Notes: generated from the letters alone by a model not told the origin. Positions 39,538 to 53,450 are shown, numbered from the stretch's first letter. The stretch: DNA of 64,000 nt from Botryllus schlosseri (GCA_051294905.1 CM119371.1:33234001-33298000); one strand, 5' to 3'. Program-made: numbers and translations.

Positions 39538-41874
39538 CAGTGGTTCCCAACCTGGGGGTCGCGACCCCCTTGGGGGTCGCAGAGCATTTCATAGGGGGTC
39601 GCGAAGCTATTGCTCATGCAACAACAAAAGTGAATGTAAGTAGGGCGAGGTACCGGTCTGCTAGTAGTAGGTGCCTTATTGTGTGTCACTCATCCAGTAT
39701 GCGTCCACTGTGATGCAATAAATATGACTGTAGGTCCTACAGTAACGTTTATTACATCACAGTCAACGCATACTGTGTAGGACTAAGCGTTCAGTCACTG
39801 TAAATTGAAACTCTATTAACAAAGTAGCCTTGTATATTAGACAACAGAGATCAGTCAAGACTCGAGATCGCTAAAAAATAGTTAAAGGGAGCATCGTTCG
39901 ATGGAGAAAAAACGAAAATACATTGAAGAGTACATTAACCTCGGCTTTACTTCTTTTTTGACCAATGGTGTTGAGAAGCCACAGTGTGTTCTATGCAACG
40001 TTGTTCTTAGCGCAGAATCATTGAAACCATCAAAATTGAAACGCCATTTGGAAACCAAGCACCCTCAACATGCTAAAAAGGATGCAGCATTCTTTAAGCG
40101 CCATGAAGCTGGTCTTCAAGCGGCAACGGCTTGATGCTACTGGAAACTTTTATCAGGTAAATGTGGCTGTACTTCAGGCGTCCTATGAAGTCGCACTGGA
40201 AATTGCCAAAGGAAAGAAACCTCACACTATTGGGGAAACACTTGTGAAGCCATGCTTGTTAAAAACAGTAAAGCTGGTTCTCGGGGATGCAAGTGCGGCG
40301 AAAGTTAAACAAGTCTCTCTTTCTAACAATACCATCAAGAGACGCATATCGGATATGTCCAAAGATGTAACAGTGCAAGTGATACAGGAGACCAAGGCTT
40401 CTCCAATGTTTTCAATTCAGGTAGACGAGACAACAGATGTTAGCTCATGTGCTCAGCTTCTCGTTTTTGTCAAGTATATCAATTCCGGTGACTTCAAAGA
40501 GGAATTTCTTTTCTGCAGTGAGCTGGAAACTACTACAAAAAGTGCAGATGTTATGAAGAAGATGACAACTTTTTTTGAATCTGCCCAACTTGATTGGACA
40601 AATGTTTGTGGAGTTTGTACAGATGGCGCCCCTTCTATGTTGGGATCGCAGTCTGGCTTTCAAACACAAGGTAAGGGGCTTGCACCTGAAGCAAAGGGAA
40701 CGCACTGTTTCATCCATAGATATGCACTTGCCAGCAAAACATTACCAGCTCAACTAAAAGATGTATTGAATTCTGTGGTGAAAATCGTAAATTTTATCAA
40801 AGCAGGAGGTCTCAGCTCACGTCAGTTCAAAGAACTTTGCAAGGATATGAACTCAACACACGAAACGTTGCTTTTCCACACAGCTGTTCGTTGGCTCTCC
40901 AAAGGGAACGTTCTTAATCGCGTTTATGAGATGAAGGTTGAGATTCAGGCATTTTTAGAATTTAAAAATAAAAGGGAATTCTTGTCATACTTCAATGATG
41001 ATAAGTGCCTGGCTTATTTGGCGGACATATTTGAAAAATTGAACTGCCTAAATCTGAAACTTCAAGGGAAAGACACAAATATTATACAACTCAATGATAA
41101 TGTCAAGGCATTTGTCTCAAAATTGAAAAACTGGCAGCGAACAGTGCATATTGGGAACATTGCTATGTTTGACAGATTGTCCAGTGTTTCTTGCATCGAA
41201 GAAACGGGTGAAGAGTTCGAAGATTTAAAAAAATTGATTGTGGCACACCTGCAGACCATGGAGTCCGAGTTCCAACGTTACTTTCCAGAACTCGAAGAGC
41301 AAGAAGCTACACTTGTTCAAAATCCGTTTTCCGTTTCTTTGGATGCAAGTGGCATTCCTGATGAAATCCAAGATCAATATTTTGATCTTAAGAATGACTC
41401 ATCTGCTCGAATTCGCTACTATGAAAAGTCACTCTCTCAATTTTGGTGTGAAATGTATGATTCATACCCACAAATTTCTAAGCTGGCTTTTCTAGTGTTA
41501 CTGCCCTTCGCTACGACGTATCTATGCGAGAGTGGGTTTTCAGCTCTTCTACATATGAAAACGAAGGAAAGAAATAGAATGAATGTAGAAGACGACATGA
41601 GACTGGCTCTGTCTAGCACCCAACCTCGAATTTCACGGTTAGCTGCAGACCTACAAGGTCAACCATCGCATTGATTTGTCAATAAATGCAAGAAAAACAT
41701 TTTTAGTGCTGCCTTTCTAATTATGCATTTTTTAAAGGGGGTCACCAAGAAAAACATTTTTTTTAAAGGCAATTATACATTTTTAAATGCAAGAAAACAT
41801 TTTTAAGTGTGGGTCGCGGTATCTAAGAAATTTTTTAAAGGGGGTCACCAAGACAAAAAGGTTGGGAACCACTG
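39538..41874 (+). mobile_element. Full-length hAT Buster/Charlie-family DNA transposon
   Basis: TIRs CAGTGGTTCCCAACC...GGTTGGGAACCACTG, TSD GACTAGAC and an internal transposase. Confidence 0.97.
39901..41674 (+). pseudogene. Buster-type transposase (ZBED5/ZBED8-like) split by a single +1 frameshift at ~40116
   Basis: BED finger PQCVLC..KLKRHLETKH lies in ORF 39901..40134. DETTD, TDGA, HCFIHR, VRWLS, LCESGFS and terminal QPSH lie in ORF 40070..41674. Confidence 0.95.
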
Positions 41875-42532
41875 GACTAGACAGATATTTGATTTAAAGT
41901 TCTAAGATTTGTAACGTTATCGTACTGGCGCCCTGTCTCGTCTATCCGTAGCATCGGTATATGAGGCCAGGAACTGTCTGTTATTTGCCGAACTAAATAA
42001 ACTTGTGCCAAGACTATGATAGGGACAAAATAAGCATGTTTGGCAAGCAAGGAATTCGATATCACCCAAGCAGGATTGAAAACATAATTTGAACATGACT
42101 TCAATACTGTGACTTGGACTCGACTCGAGTCATAACACTATGACTCGGACTTGACCCTTAAAACGGTGACTTGGACTCGGACTCGAGTCGGTGATGAATT
42201 GAAAATGACTCGACTCGAGTCAAAACCACAAAAGTCAGATTGACTCGTGACTCGGAACCATGTGACTTGGTTACAACCCTGGGAAATAGTCATCAGATTG
42301 TGAATATAAGTTACTGCATACCTGTGCAATGTGTGGTCCGCGGCGCAAATGCAGCCCCGATGCGATTCAGAAGTGCTCTATAGAAGAGTTGCTTGCCAGT
42401 TGCTTAAAAATCTAAAACCCACATTTGAATGTAAATGCGTCGACGAAAACCATAGGCTGTATAAACTGAAACAGAAATTCGTTTACTTTGACGGCTGTTA
42501 GTTTATTTACAGCGATTACGTAGCCTATGCAC

Positions 42533-43537
42533 CACGGATGGTGTGAACGTGAGGTTCACGTTCGTGTTCTGTGTGTTAACCTTAGAAATTTTGAGGTTCA
42601 CGTTCACAAAGGAACCTCGGCAGGTTCTGTACTGTGAACCTTTTTCATATATTAGCATTTTACACGTCATTATAACATCTTCGCTTGGAATTCTTTGCAT
42701 GTCAATTTCGCACCACTCTATGCGTGGAACTGGTACCATAAAAAATCAACACCAAACGGGCATCCCCCATGTCAATCTCAAAAATTTTACTTGCTTTCTA
42801 ACAAAATTTTGCTAGAAATATCCAGCTTTCCGATTGTGAATATTTAGTGACTCTCTGCTGTGAGCTTGTCCCGCAATACCACAACATCAAGAACGAAATA
42901 CGCAAAATGTAAGTAGTCAGCGAATGATGCTTATTCAAGCAATCAATGAAATTGATCTCGTTGTCTGATGTAAAAAATCTAACTCGCGTACGGGGTCAAT
43001 CTGGATTTCATATGTTCATTGTATCATAAAAACCAAATCCGTGCGATTGGGGTGTTGGCTACTGCTGAATAATTTGTTAATGGGGTAATATCGGTAGCAA
43101 GTATAGAAACCCGTTTGACACTCTGCTCAATATCAACATAGCAATACTCAGGAACCGAATACATTGTCCGGTCTGGGTTTGGCCGAGATCGTTGATGCGT
43201 AAGCTTATATTACCTTGCAAATCATCGTCGAAATTGTTGGCAAAGCGACGAAGGATATTGATTTTATGGGATATCATTTGATTGCCCCTGTTGATAGATG
43301 TGGCGACTTATACAACGTCCATATGCACTTGAGCATTTTGGCATTATGTGGCCCGAGTCGTCGCTAGGTATCGTGTACTGAACATTAATATTGGCTATCC
43401 CTTCACTAAAACGTAGGGACTGAATGAGCAATATGACGTCACGTGCAGTCACGAGGTTCATGTTCGCGTTCATGAACCTTTCAAAAAGGTTCGCGTTCAC
43501 ACGAACCTGAACCTTTCAGAGGTTCACACCATCCCTA
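42533..43537 (+). mobile_element. hAT (Ac-type) MITE with GTTCAC/GAACC repeats
   Basis: Termini CACGGATGGTGTGAAC...GTTCACACCATCCCTA and TSD CTATGCAC. Confidence 0.9.
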
Positions 43538-43788
43538 CTATGCACGTCGCATGCGTACTCCAGATTCAAAATATGTCAATGTAGAAAGATATGCCTTGAC
43601 AATTGAATTCAAGAGAAGCTACTGTTTCCATATAGTTTGATTCAAAGCTCCGCTGTAGCCATTGTCACGGCATTAATTACCCGGTCTGTGTCCCAAATCG
43701 CTACGTGATACGTTTCCAAATCCATGCTTCATAAAACGATCAGATCAATCAGAGCTCGCGATTACCATAATTCAATATCTCCCTAAAC

Positions 43789-45309
43789 CAGTGGTTCCCA
43801 ACCGGGGAGGAATTCCCCCCTTGGGGGGAATTTTGCAATTTTTAGGGAGGAATTCCACTTTAGAGTTGTAACGGATTTCCCAAATTGTTCATGTCCGAAC
43901 TGCAATGTAGTCAACCAGTTATATCAGAACGTATCCTCTTTATAGCTGTTTTTTTCTGAAGTATGTTCAAATGCTATTTGAAATCTCTTTCTCACATACA
44001 AGCTCTCCCTTGGTTTTTTAAAACTAGTTCAGATGTGCTGCAGTTCGCAAGACAATTTTGTATGCCAGCGACGACCTCTCAATCAAATATATTCTAAGCG
44101 AGCAAATGTCGTGCCGAATCTATCACAACAAGGCACCTGACGAAAGTATTTATCTTATATTTTGAAGTCCACATTTTCATAAAGTGAAAAGATATTCCAA
44201 CGTCATCGATTCAAGTCAAAGAGATCGCTAGCCTTGCTCTATTTTTTGTGGACAGTTACCCGATCGAAAAAAGACATGTTAAATTTGGTGCAATGTTGCC
44301 GAAACGTATTGGGTGTCCTAAATTTCAATGAACTCAAGCAGGAAATCTGATCACGGGCATGTTATATATCAGGGCTGTAACCAAGTCACGAGGCTCCGAG
44401 CCGCAAGTCAATCTCACTTTCATAGTTTGACTCGAGTCAAATCCGACGGTCCAAGTCACCGAGCATAGGGTCGAGCCCGAGTCATGGTCTTATGACTCCA
44501 GTCCGAATCCAATTCATTGTGTTGACTGCTCAGTTTCCAGTTGAAGTCTTGTTAAACTCAAATTTTATAACTCTGTTTGGTGATATTGAATGATTTTGAT
44601 TTATAATATACTAATTTTCCTCACTTCGAGCAGTTTATTGTCGCAGTTTTAAGTACCAGGACCAATAGACGAAATTCCAATAGGAAGGCTATTTTACTGT
44701 TCTTCGAAATTACAATGAAATGTCGGCCTTGACTGTCTTATAGTCATATGTTTTGGTTCGAGTCATGTACAATGACTCCAAGTCGAGTAAATACACAGAT
44801 TGTCTCGAGTCGAGTCGTTTCCCTATTTTGAGAAAATGACTCGAGTCAAGTCGAGTCATCAGAAAATGCTGACTCGAGTCCGACTCGAGTGTGGTCAATC
44901 CTGTTATATATGAAAGTACCAATATTATTGACCAAATGCATACGCAAACTTGAGAAAAGATCGCGAGACCAGTAAATTTATGCATACTGATTTTTAACAG
45001 CAGTTATATTAGCGATTGGTGCATGATCAGCCGAAAACACAAATGGAATTATGGGGGTCTGTTGAGTCAAGCCTTCCCGAATTTGTTTGATTGGGACCAA
45101 GACCATGGTTTTTGGAGGTCTACAAAGCGTTGTTACAGCCCTGCTAGAAACAAACACTGTGTACCGCCCGTCTTATTCTTCGGTCAACGGGAGATTGGGC
45201 GGTAAAAACTGACCTTTTTTAATCATCGGGCAGATTTCTCATAAGGGGGGAATTTTGGCTCAAATTTCGGCCAAGGGAGGCACGAGATGAAAAAGGTTGG
45301 GAACCACTG
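43789..45309 (+). mobile_element. Non-autonomous Buster/Charlie element
   Basis: TIRs CAGTGGTTCCCAACC...GGTTGGGAACCACTG and TSD CCCTAAAC. Confidence 0.93.
44370..44903 (-). mobile_element. Nested GACTC-family hAT MITE, inverted relative of 37883-42281
   Basis: CAGGGCTGTAACCAAGTCAC...CAATCCTG and TSD TTATATAT. Confidence 0.88.
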
Positions 45310-45584
45310 CCCTAAACTAAAGGGCCTAAAGCAGTGGTCACTCAATGTGCAAACAAAGATTTCACGACGCGCGATGTCGAGCGAATGATATTGGTTGTCG
45401 GCGCAATAACAATACAGTTCGATTTATCTATTATAGAAACTTGGTATCGAACTCATTGAATTATATTAGTACACTTTAGACCCCTAAATTACATGACGAT
45501 GTGGTATTTGCCCTGTTATAATAACAAAACTACGATATTGGACTGACAAATGAGAAATATTCGTAAGGCAATATTTGGCTCGGA

Positions 45585-45984
45585 ACATGTGGTACGCGAA
45601 AGCCTTCCGGGTAGTACGCGAGTAGATTCTGTTTCTTTTCGGCTGAAGGGAGTTATTGTTTCAGGTGAGTTTTTGAAGCCGTCGTTGTCATGGTAAGGTC
45701 TCATTCGTGGGTAGGGGCAATCCCACCAATGACTGTCTACGTGAAGAGATCTAGTGGTAGAGCATTGGGTTTCTTACCTAACCAAAACCCGTGTGAATAT
45801 CTTTGACCTCAAGTATTTTAAATAGATCCACTACATAAATCATATACTGCTCCTATAATGGGGAACGAAACAGTGTGGACACATTTCGTGGCAGCCTTCG
45901 GCGCGCGTAACTTACGTAGGTAGTACGCGAGCACTGCCTAAAACATCGAAATGATACGTGGAAGGAAAAGGTTGAAAACCACTG
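45585..45984 (+). mobile_element. Older diverged relative of the 12941/61301 outer element
   Basis: Matches both ends (TGGTACGCGAA..TTTGAAGCCGTCG and GTACGCGAGCACTGC..GGTTGAAAACCACTG) without the nested MITEs. No TSD found. Confidence 0.75.
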
Positions 45985-46121
45985 CCTTGATAGGATTGTG
46001 AATCCGAATTAAATGTACTACTCTACATAAAGGTATATTTTGTGGTTGGCAGCCATACGAAGGAGTAACTGCAAAGAGAAATTGTATTTTCAAAAATAAA
46101 ATCTGCGCTTAGGCCCTAGGG

Positions 46122-47406
46122 CAGGGGTCACCAACCTGGTGCCCGCGGGCACCAGGTAGCCCGCGAGGACCAGATGAGTGGCCCACGAGCCTGTTCTAAA
46201 AATAGATCGAATAGCAGCATTTGCCAATATTCGTCAGATTATCACCGGTGAGCTTTTAAAGATATAAATTGAATGATTTAGCTATTGTTGTTTAAATCAC
46301 GCTATAACATGTGACTTTGAAATGATAATACATATATATAAACACTTAAAATTATGATATCAAATATCCCCAATTACAATTAGTAATATACCAACATGTA
46401 GGCCTAGTAGAATAACAAGATATCGAAGACGTAGAATAGGCCTACGGCTTACTGCCAATACAGGCGATATGGTGGTATGCCATCCACGGTCTTCTTGAAA
46501 TGGTGGGGGGTTCCTTTATGGTAGCTCGACGTCCCGGACAATGCCAAAATAGTAAACAACATTACTATCCGGTAGCAAATGGCGGTGACGTACTAGCAGA
46601 TGCAGTATGCTCAATGTGTTTTGCATCTTTTGACACAGCTTGTCTCTCTTACACTCAACGCAATTTATAGTACCATGTTTCTAATTTTCTGTAATCGATG
46701 CTGCTGTCAGGTATAATGAAATCTGTCATGTCTGGATGCTGAACAGTTAGAGATTGAAATTGTAACACTGCAAAATCACCTCCACCTCAAAGCCCACAAG
46801 GCAAACATTTGGTGCCTTGATGACACAGAAAAGTACAGTGGTGATTGCGCAGCAGCTATGAAGGTTGCAAGATGGTTTGGTTCAACTTGTCGTTGTGAAT
46901 CAGCATTTGCGGACACTACATTCATCAAATACCAAACACAGAACACGCCTCACTAAAGCACATCTGGAACACCCCCCCCCCCCCAGAGTTGCAGTGGAAG
47001 TTACATACCAGAGTAGGCCTACAGTGCACTAGTTGATAGCATGCAATGCCAGGACCCCCAATGACTGGTTTAGAAACAGATAGCACGATGTCCTTTGTCC
47101 AGTCTAACGTCTGACGTGATTTATTTTAAAATCTGAGCTTGCAGTTGTTATAAAATTTATATAAACACTGTGCGAAGTAATTCGTGATTTCTTAAAAAGT
47201 ATTGGTGGCTAGCTGGTTGAAATGACATGTTTTGATTTAAAAGAATCTCTTAGAAGTCTTTCCGCTATGCGATACCTGCCCAATGCTATGAATATCAAAG
47301 CGGAAATTGTGTCTGGTACGGGTAAACGGCGGGAGTAAATTGTAGCCTGTCGCTTCAATCAGTACCCAAAAGTAGCCCTTGGTTGCAAAAAGGTTGGTGA
47401 CCCCTG
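46122..47406 (+). mobile_element. Non-autonomous Charlie/SPIN-type hAT
   Basis: TIRs CAGGGGTCACCAACC...GGTTGGTGACCCCTG, TSD CCCTAGGG and a hATC remnant FGSTCRCESAF..FIK at ~46876-46930. Confidence 0.93.
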
Positions 47407-48047
47407 CCCTAGGGGATAATGGTCGCTATTGTCTTCACAATGAAGTTTCCGAAAGAATAAATAATATACCTAATTGGTGGGAGAAGGTGACACTGGTAGC
47501 TGGTACGGCGAAATGTAGAATCAGTTTTGTCAGAAAATCCGATTCACAGTGATCATCGCGGTATTGTCCCGTTGAGTGGAGTAGACCGTATCTCAGACAA
47601 AACACCGAATAATAAAACACTATAAAACGGTCATTATTTATTTACCTGTTGAAAAAACAGATACAAGAGAGCCGGCCGTAATAAGCACCTGTAGAAGTAG
47701 GAATATTCAACCCCAGTAACGAACTTTCTGTCTGACGCGCTGATATTTCTATAGCGAACTGCTTGCGTTTGCCAACTCTCCGTAGAAAAGTTGCAATATA
47801 AACAATATATTTTCTAAGAACAAACAATTCCAATAAAGAAATATATTTGATGCTTATTTCGACAGAAACGTAGTAGAGAATCTTGGAATCTTGATATTTT
47901 ATACGGTCCACCAGTTACCATAATATCAATTATTATTAGTGTTTACTACACGTGCATTGGCACTTAGCGCCTTTTCGGATTTGTGTACCACAACACAAAT
48001 TTTATGTTGTTTGGTTTGGGACGATTTTCATTATTTCTTTCTTGCAG

Positions 48048-48100
48048 TCAGTGGTGTCGGCGATGAGGAGCCCGAAGAAACCTCCGACACATAGAGACAG
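48048..48100 (+). pseudogene. Candidate exon (phase 0 to 2)
   Basis: Strong acceptor TTTCTTTCTTGCAG and donor CAG|GTATCA. Reads SVVSAMRSPKKPPTHRD. Confidence 0.55.
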
Positions 48101-48261
48101 GTATCACGAGGCTGATGCTTACTTGACTGCACCAGTCGGTTCCCCGTGAATTGAAATATATAATATGATTATGTGACTACACGCTAAAACGAATCGCAAG
48201 TGGTCATCTGAATTTAAATTTATCTGAGTTGGCAATATTCCCCGTTTTGCAACTTAGTACC

Positions 48262-48345
48262 GTGTAGCGCGATAGCATATCGTGGTACAATCCACAGCTG
48301 CAACATCAATGGTTGCGGGTTCGAGTCCGCCCGAAGTCGACTCCA
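48262..48345 (+). mobile_element. tRNA-like SINE head (degenerate)
   Basis: B-box GGTTCGAGTCC at ~48317 with a degenerate upstream A-box. A related fragment lies on the - strand at ~31362-31400. Confidence 0.5.
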
Positions 48346-49258
48346 GAATTCATAAGTGTCGAGGGTTTATCTAGGCTCCTCGTCGCCACCTCATCCGCTT
48401 GAGCGATGTCTCAGTAAAAGGATAGAAGTGGACCGTGCTACAACTCGGCAGGTACGGAATGAAAATGAAGAATTACGGCCTGGTGTGAATGACCATAGTA
48501 TAGTCGAAAAACACCAACAATACCACACAAATAAACAAACTCAGACTGGAGATAATAAACTTAGCTGATCCCGTAGTGTGATCAAAATCCGCTAATTGTG
48601 TGATCAAAATCCACTGATCGTGACGCATGTGGGGCTATGATAATAAAGTTAACTGATGCGGAAGCATGCTAATCGTGTGAATGAAAACTGCTGATCCGCA
48701 CGCATAAAAATTTGTAAGATTACGTGCGATGACGACCTGAACGGATTTTTCACGTCTACCAATCTTTATTACCGATGCTAGCTGACGGGGGTTTGCCCTC
48801 AAGATTTTCTAACAAGTCCCGCATGGTGAGCATGGATTAAGATTAGGATTTGGAAAAATATGATTTGGGAAATTTGGTGGATTTGGATTTCTATTTGTGA
48901 TTTTTTTAATGGCTTAGGATTAGGATTGGATGAACCAATTATTAGTGAGATGGAGGTCCTGTGGCGAAAGGCGAATAATGTTTTTCGGGTCAAGTAATTA
49001 TCAAGTTTATAAGTATTATTCCAAGTGGTTGTGACTGTAGTAACATGAATTAGTAATTTTGGTATCACCACAGTCGTTTATGACGATATTATCACAATGA
49101 ATTTCAGCTCACGTCACGCACGACTAGGTCTCATCTTCAGTATTGTGTTTCGCAGTCAGTCTGTATAATCAGGGTGGACGATCCTAGTAGACGAATACTA
49201 AAGGGGGTTACGAGTGACATAACCAAGGGATTGAGAGACGGGAGCCTTGAATACGAAG

Positions 49259-50031
49259 ATCATCATCATCATTGGTTTATTAGCAATTTTATCAGTGCAA
49301 TACACCACAAAATGCGATACAATGAAAAGATAGGAAGGTGTCGAAGCGACTTGGAGTAGTCTATGGAATCGGAACCCACCATGGCCTACGCGATGTAAAG
49401 AGGAGGCATGTACATTGAATGAAAAGTAAAGAAGAAAGTGGGGAAAAAAGCAAGCGACAAAAATGGGGGGGGGGAGGCATGTCATGGGAGGCTAGATCGA
49501 TAGGTCAGTCGTGGTCCGGTAATCTTGAGGATGGACTAGTATTCATTTAGTAGTAATTGCTGGTATTTCGACTTGAATGTGGACATGCTCGTCGAATGTC
49601 TGATGACCGGCGGGATACCGTTCCACACATCAGGTCCGGCATATTTGATGGAGCGATGATCTTTTCGGTCGATCATATGATATTTGGACGACGTGGACGC
49701 GCGTGTGTTGTACTTGTGCGCTTTAGATTCTGGGGGCAAAAAGTCATTGAAATATTCGGGGCAACGACCGCAGTGGAACTGATACATAAACTTGGCGATT
49801 TATAGTTTCCGCATACCTTCCATGTTTAGGACACCGAATCCCTTCAGCAGCGACTTGTTGGATGGACAACCAGGCCCCTGTGGGGCTCTAGCCTAGCGAT
49901 GATACGGAGTACCTTATGTTGCAGGTTTTGCAGTGGCTCGAGTGCAGTTTTATTGGCAGCATCCCAACAAAGGATGCCATATTGTAACTTCGATTGGATT
50001 AAGGATTTAAAGAGATGAACACAGCTCTGGT
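49259..50031 (-). mobile_element. 5'-truncated CR1/L2-like LINE
   Basis: LFKSLIQSKLQYGILCW..LQNLQHKVLRII..KFMYQFH..HKYNTR..SIKYAGPDVWNGIP..FKSKYQQLLLNEY*. The 3' UTR ends AATAAACCAA(TGA)n. Confidence 0.9.
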
Positions 50032-51252
50032 AAGAATCTTCAAAGTTTAGCTTGGAACGTCTTTTACTGGATATGTGATAGCGCAACCAAGAGTTATCAA
50101 AATCATGTCCAGTGTAAAAGGTGCAAAACCATTTATAAACAGGACCGTGCCACAAGCAGTACATCGAGACTGAATCAGCACTCAGCTTCATGTAAGAATG
50201 AAACGCAGACTTCTTGGAATTCCACATCTCAAGTGCAGAGTAAGCTGGTTGCCTATATGAAAACCACGAAATTGCTTAAACAAGCAATGGCATCAATGAC
50301 ACGCGCATTTGTGGATATCATTGCACACAATCTGGTTTCATTGAAATCTGTAGAAAGTGAAGGGATGGGGAATATGATTCAAAAGGCTGTGGAAATTGGC
50401 GCAAAATATGGCAACATACCCGTAAAAAAACTTGCCATCAGGTTTTGCGATAAATGGTAGGCTCATTGAAAGGTATTAGCCAGTGTAAAAAAATTTGGTC
50501 GGTAAAGAGCTGAAAGTCATGTTTAACCATGGTCTGGTAGCGTAAACAATGGACATGTGGACTGACCTTCAAATGAGACACTACATTGCGTTGACTGTCC
50601 ACTACGTTTTTGAAAATGAGATGCAAAGAAATATCCTGTCAGTGTATGAATTTGAAAGCCATAAAAAGTCAGGGGATAACATCATGAATAGCATCATAAA
50701 GGTTTGTGAAAGACTGGGAATAACGAAAGATAATCTCCTGCAAAAGAGTTTCTTTGTCACTGCCCAGGGCAGCAACGTTAAGTCTGCTCTTGCTCATTTC
50801 CAGAGGATTCCATGTGTTTGTCACGTTATTGCGAGAGTTGTAAGCATATTCTCAAGTTATATTATTACAGCTCCGTTTCTTCAAAGTCTGATGATGCTTC
50901 GCAGAGGTCAGTTTTCGACTTGATAAGAAAGACTATAACCGCAGTAAAATCGCTTGTTGGATATTTCAAAATAACCGGTTTGGACGATAACTTGGACACC
51001 TCTCTCAAGCAATATAATGAAACAAGATGGAATTCTATATTCACAAGGCTTCTGTCTTACATGCGTAATGAGCTGCAAGTCACGCAATTGTTGGAATATC
51101 GCAATGAACTCTTGCGATTGGAAAGCAATGAGTGTACTGCAACTAAAGCTCTGGAAGGTCACATGACAACGACGATTGAACGTGTGTACATATGGTATAT
51201 GAAGCTGGAAAGTCACCTGAAAGTATTTAGACTCGGTGCCACTGAACATGAA

Positions 51253-52420
51253 AGGGGTAGCCCTGTGCCAGTGGAAACCTATGGCTCGCGAGCCATATAT
51301 GGCTCTATTCGGTATAAGACATGGGTATTTGAGAAAATTTTCAATTTTGTACTAAATTTATCAATATGCAATGCAGCAACTAGTTAGTAAATTTTCATGA
51401 GGGCAGAATACTTATTGTCGTGACAGTACAAACATGTCTTTGAGAGGTCAAGACAGTGCGGGATGCAGCGTTAGGGGCTGGTACCACCGCAATTTTGTCA
51501 AAATCTCTGAAGTTAAGATGCTGCCGCGACTGCGACTCACACCACTCGCGAATTCGATTTACCAACCATCGCGCGCCTAGAAATCTTGGATTCCACGATA
51601 CCTTGATTGAGGAAAGAGATTAGCAGACATGGCGACACTTGTAAGACAATGCAGTTTTCAAATACACAATGTCTGACTGATCTACATTGACAAATAAAAT
51701 GCCTTGGAAGTGACATTCACAATTACAAATTCGAGTTAAAGACAACGCCATACCTATCCATTTTCTTAATTGGTTATTAGCTTTTTATCACCGCCGTAAA
51801 ATGTAGGTGTGTAACGTAACATTGCGTTGCTCCGAATATTTTAGGAGTCAATCAATACAGATTTTCTGAATCAGCGCGACGAGTACATTTTATTATTATC
51901 AGTGATTATAAATTCTAAGCTATTTAGGATGAGTTGCGCTGTCACGGGTGAGGCTTGCGCGGCTGAGCTTCATCTGAGTCTTACCTCTGCTTTGGCGCTT
52001 TATTTTCGTACAATGAATATGAAAATTCCGTAATTTGGGGAATCAAGATGTTCAGAATGTAGTCATTCAGAAACATCGATAGAAGATACCGATACCCATA
52101 GAAGGGTTCACAATTTTCCTTCACTCATCCCTGACGACATCAGAGGCACTGTCTTACTTGCCTTTCCTAACCCCACGTCAATGACGTATCACACGGTGGG
52201 TATGTAGGCAACTGCTGTTGTGATCATGTTTGGCTCCACCTACCCATGTGGCCAGAAAAATATAGCAAACACTACGAATCCCATATATCAGGGCTATCAA
52301 TACGTCACGGATGTTTATTCGTGACGTAACAGTTGATTGGCATGTATGGCTCTTTAGGGGTTATAATTGAAAATCTTGGGCCTATATGACTCTTCGATCG
52401 AAAATGGCTCCCGACGACTG
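51253..52420 (+). mobile_element. Charlie-type MITE (~1.1 kb, ATGGCTC subterminal motifs)
   Basis: Colinear diverged copy of 52444-53450. Termini are degenerate and the TSD is unclear. Confidence 0.75.
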
Positions 52421-52443
52421 CCTAATGAAAAGTTATCTTAAAT

Positions 52444-53450
52444 CAGTGGTCGGAACCTATGGCTCTGAGTATACGATATGGCTCTTTGACAAATTTTTAA
52501 TTTCGTTCGGAATTATATGAATTGCAGCAACTTGTTAGTAAATTTTCATGATAACCTGAATAATTATTTTCATGGCTGCATAAACATGTCATTGAGAGAA
52601 CAACCCAGTTGGCTAACCAAGGTTAGGGGTTCGCACCCCGTTTTTTAAATCCCCAAATTTTCAAATGCCGGAATTAGATCTACCTCCTCCCTATCGTGCG
52701 CCACGAAATCTCGAATTGCAAGATACCTTGATTGAGAAAAAAATACAAACCACAATTACAAATTCAAATTCAAAAAAACGCCGGACCTATCTAATTTCTT
52801 GATTGGTAACGTAAGTAGCTTTCTAGAACCACTGTAAAATGTAGGTGTGTAGCCTTAGTTAAACGCCTAATACTTTAAAAGCCGACCAATATTTAGATTT
52901 ACGGAAACAGGGCGACAATTTCATTTAAATACCACCAGTGATGATAAATTCTAAGGTATTTACGATGGGTTGTGCTATCTCAAGGTTTGAGTGGCCCGTT
53001 TGTGTTTCATCTGACTCATCTTTCGCGCTTTATTTTCGAGCAATAAATATGAAAAATTACGGGATTTTGGGAAAAGAAATGTTCAAAATCTAATCCCTCA
53101 TAATCATCGATATTAAATACCAGTATTCATTGCAGGTTTCACAATTTTTCCTCACTCATCCCCGACGACAAGTGAGGCACTGCTTCACTTGTCTCCCCTG
53201 TCCCCACGTCACTGACGTATCGCACCCTGCAGTGGGTATGCACTGGTGTAGCGACTATGTTTGGCTCCACCCAAGCATGTGGGCCGAAAAATATGGCGCA
53301 CACTACGAATCCCATATATTAGTGCCACCAATACGTCACGAATTTTCAATTGTGACGTACAGTTGATTGACACGTATGGCTCTTTGGGAGTAACAATAGA
53401 AAATATTGGGGCAATTTGGCTGTTTGGCCGAAAAAGGTTACCGGCCCCTC
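52444..53450 (+). mobile_element. Charlie-type MITE
   Basis: CAGTGGTCGGAACC...GGTTACCGGCCCCTC and TSD TCTTAAAT. Confidence 0.85.

Larger units (their letters stand above)
37883..42281 (+). mobile_element. hAT deletion derivative (GACTCGAGTC arrays) hosting the Buster element
   Basis: TIRs CAGGGTTGTAA...TTACAACCCTG and TSD GGAAATAG. A ZBED1-like hATC remnant DSLHFW..YLMLFSVVQNCFSIPASNAAEERV lies at ~38405-38520. Confidence 0.92.

Noticed and set aside
40105..40134. Programmed ribosomal frameshift in the Buster transposase
   Set aside because: There is no slippery heptamer and hAT transposases are not known to use one; a simple indel or sequencing error is more likely.
49174..49359. His-tract ORF (EDHHHHW)
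   Set aside because: The (CAT)n run is the reverse-complement microsatellite tail of the LINE abutting a transposase fragment.
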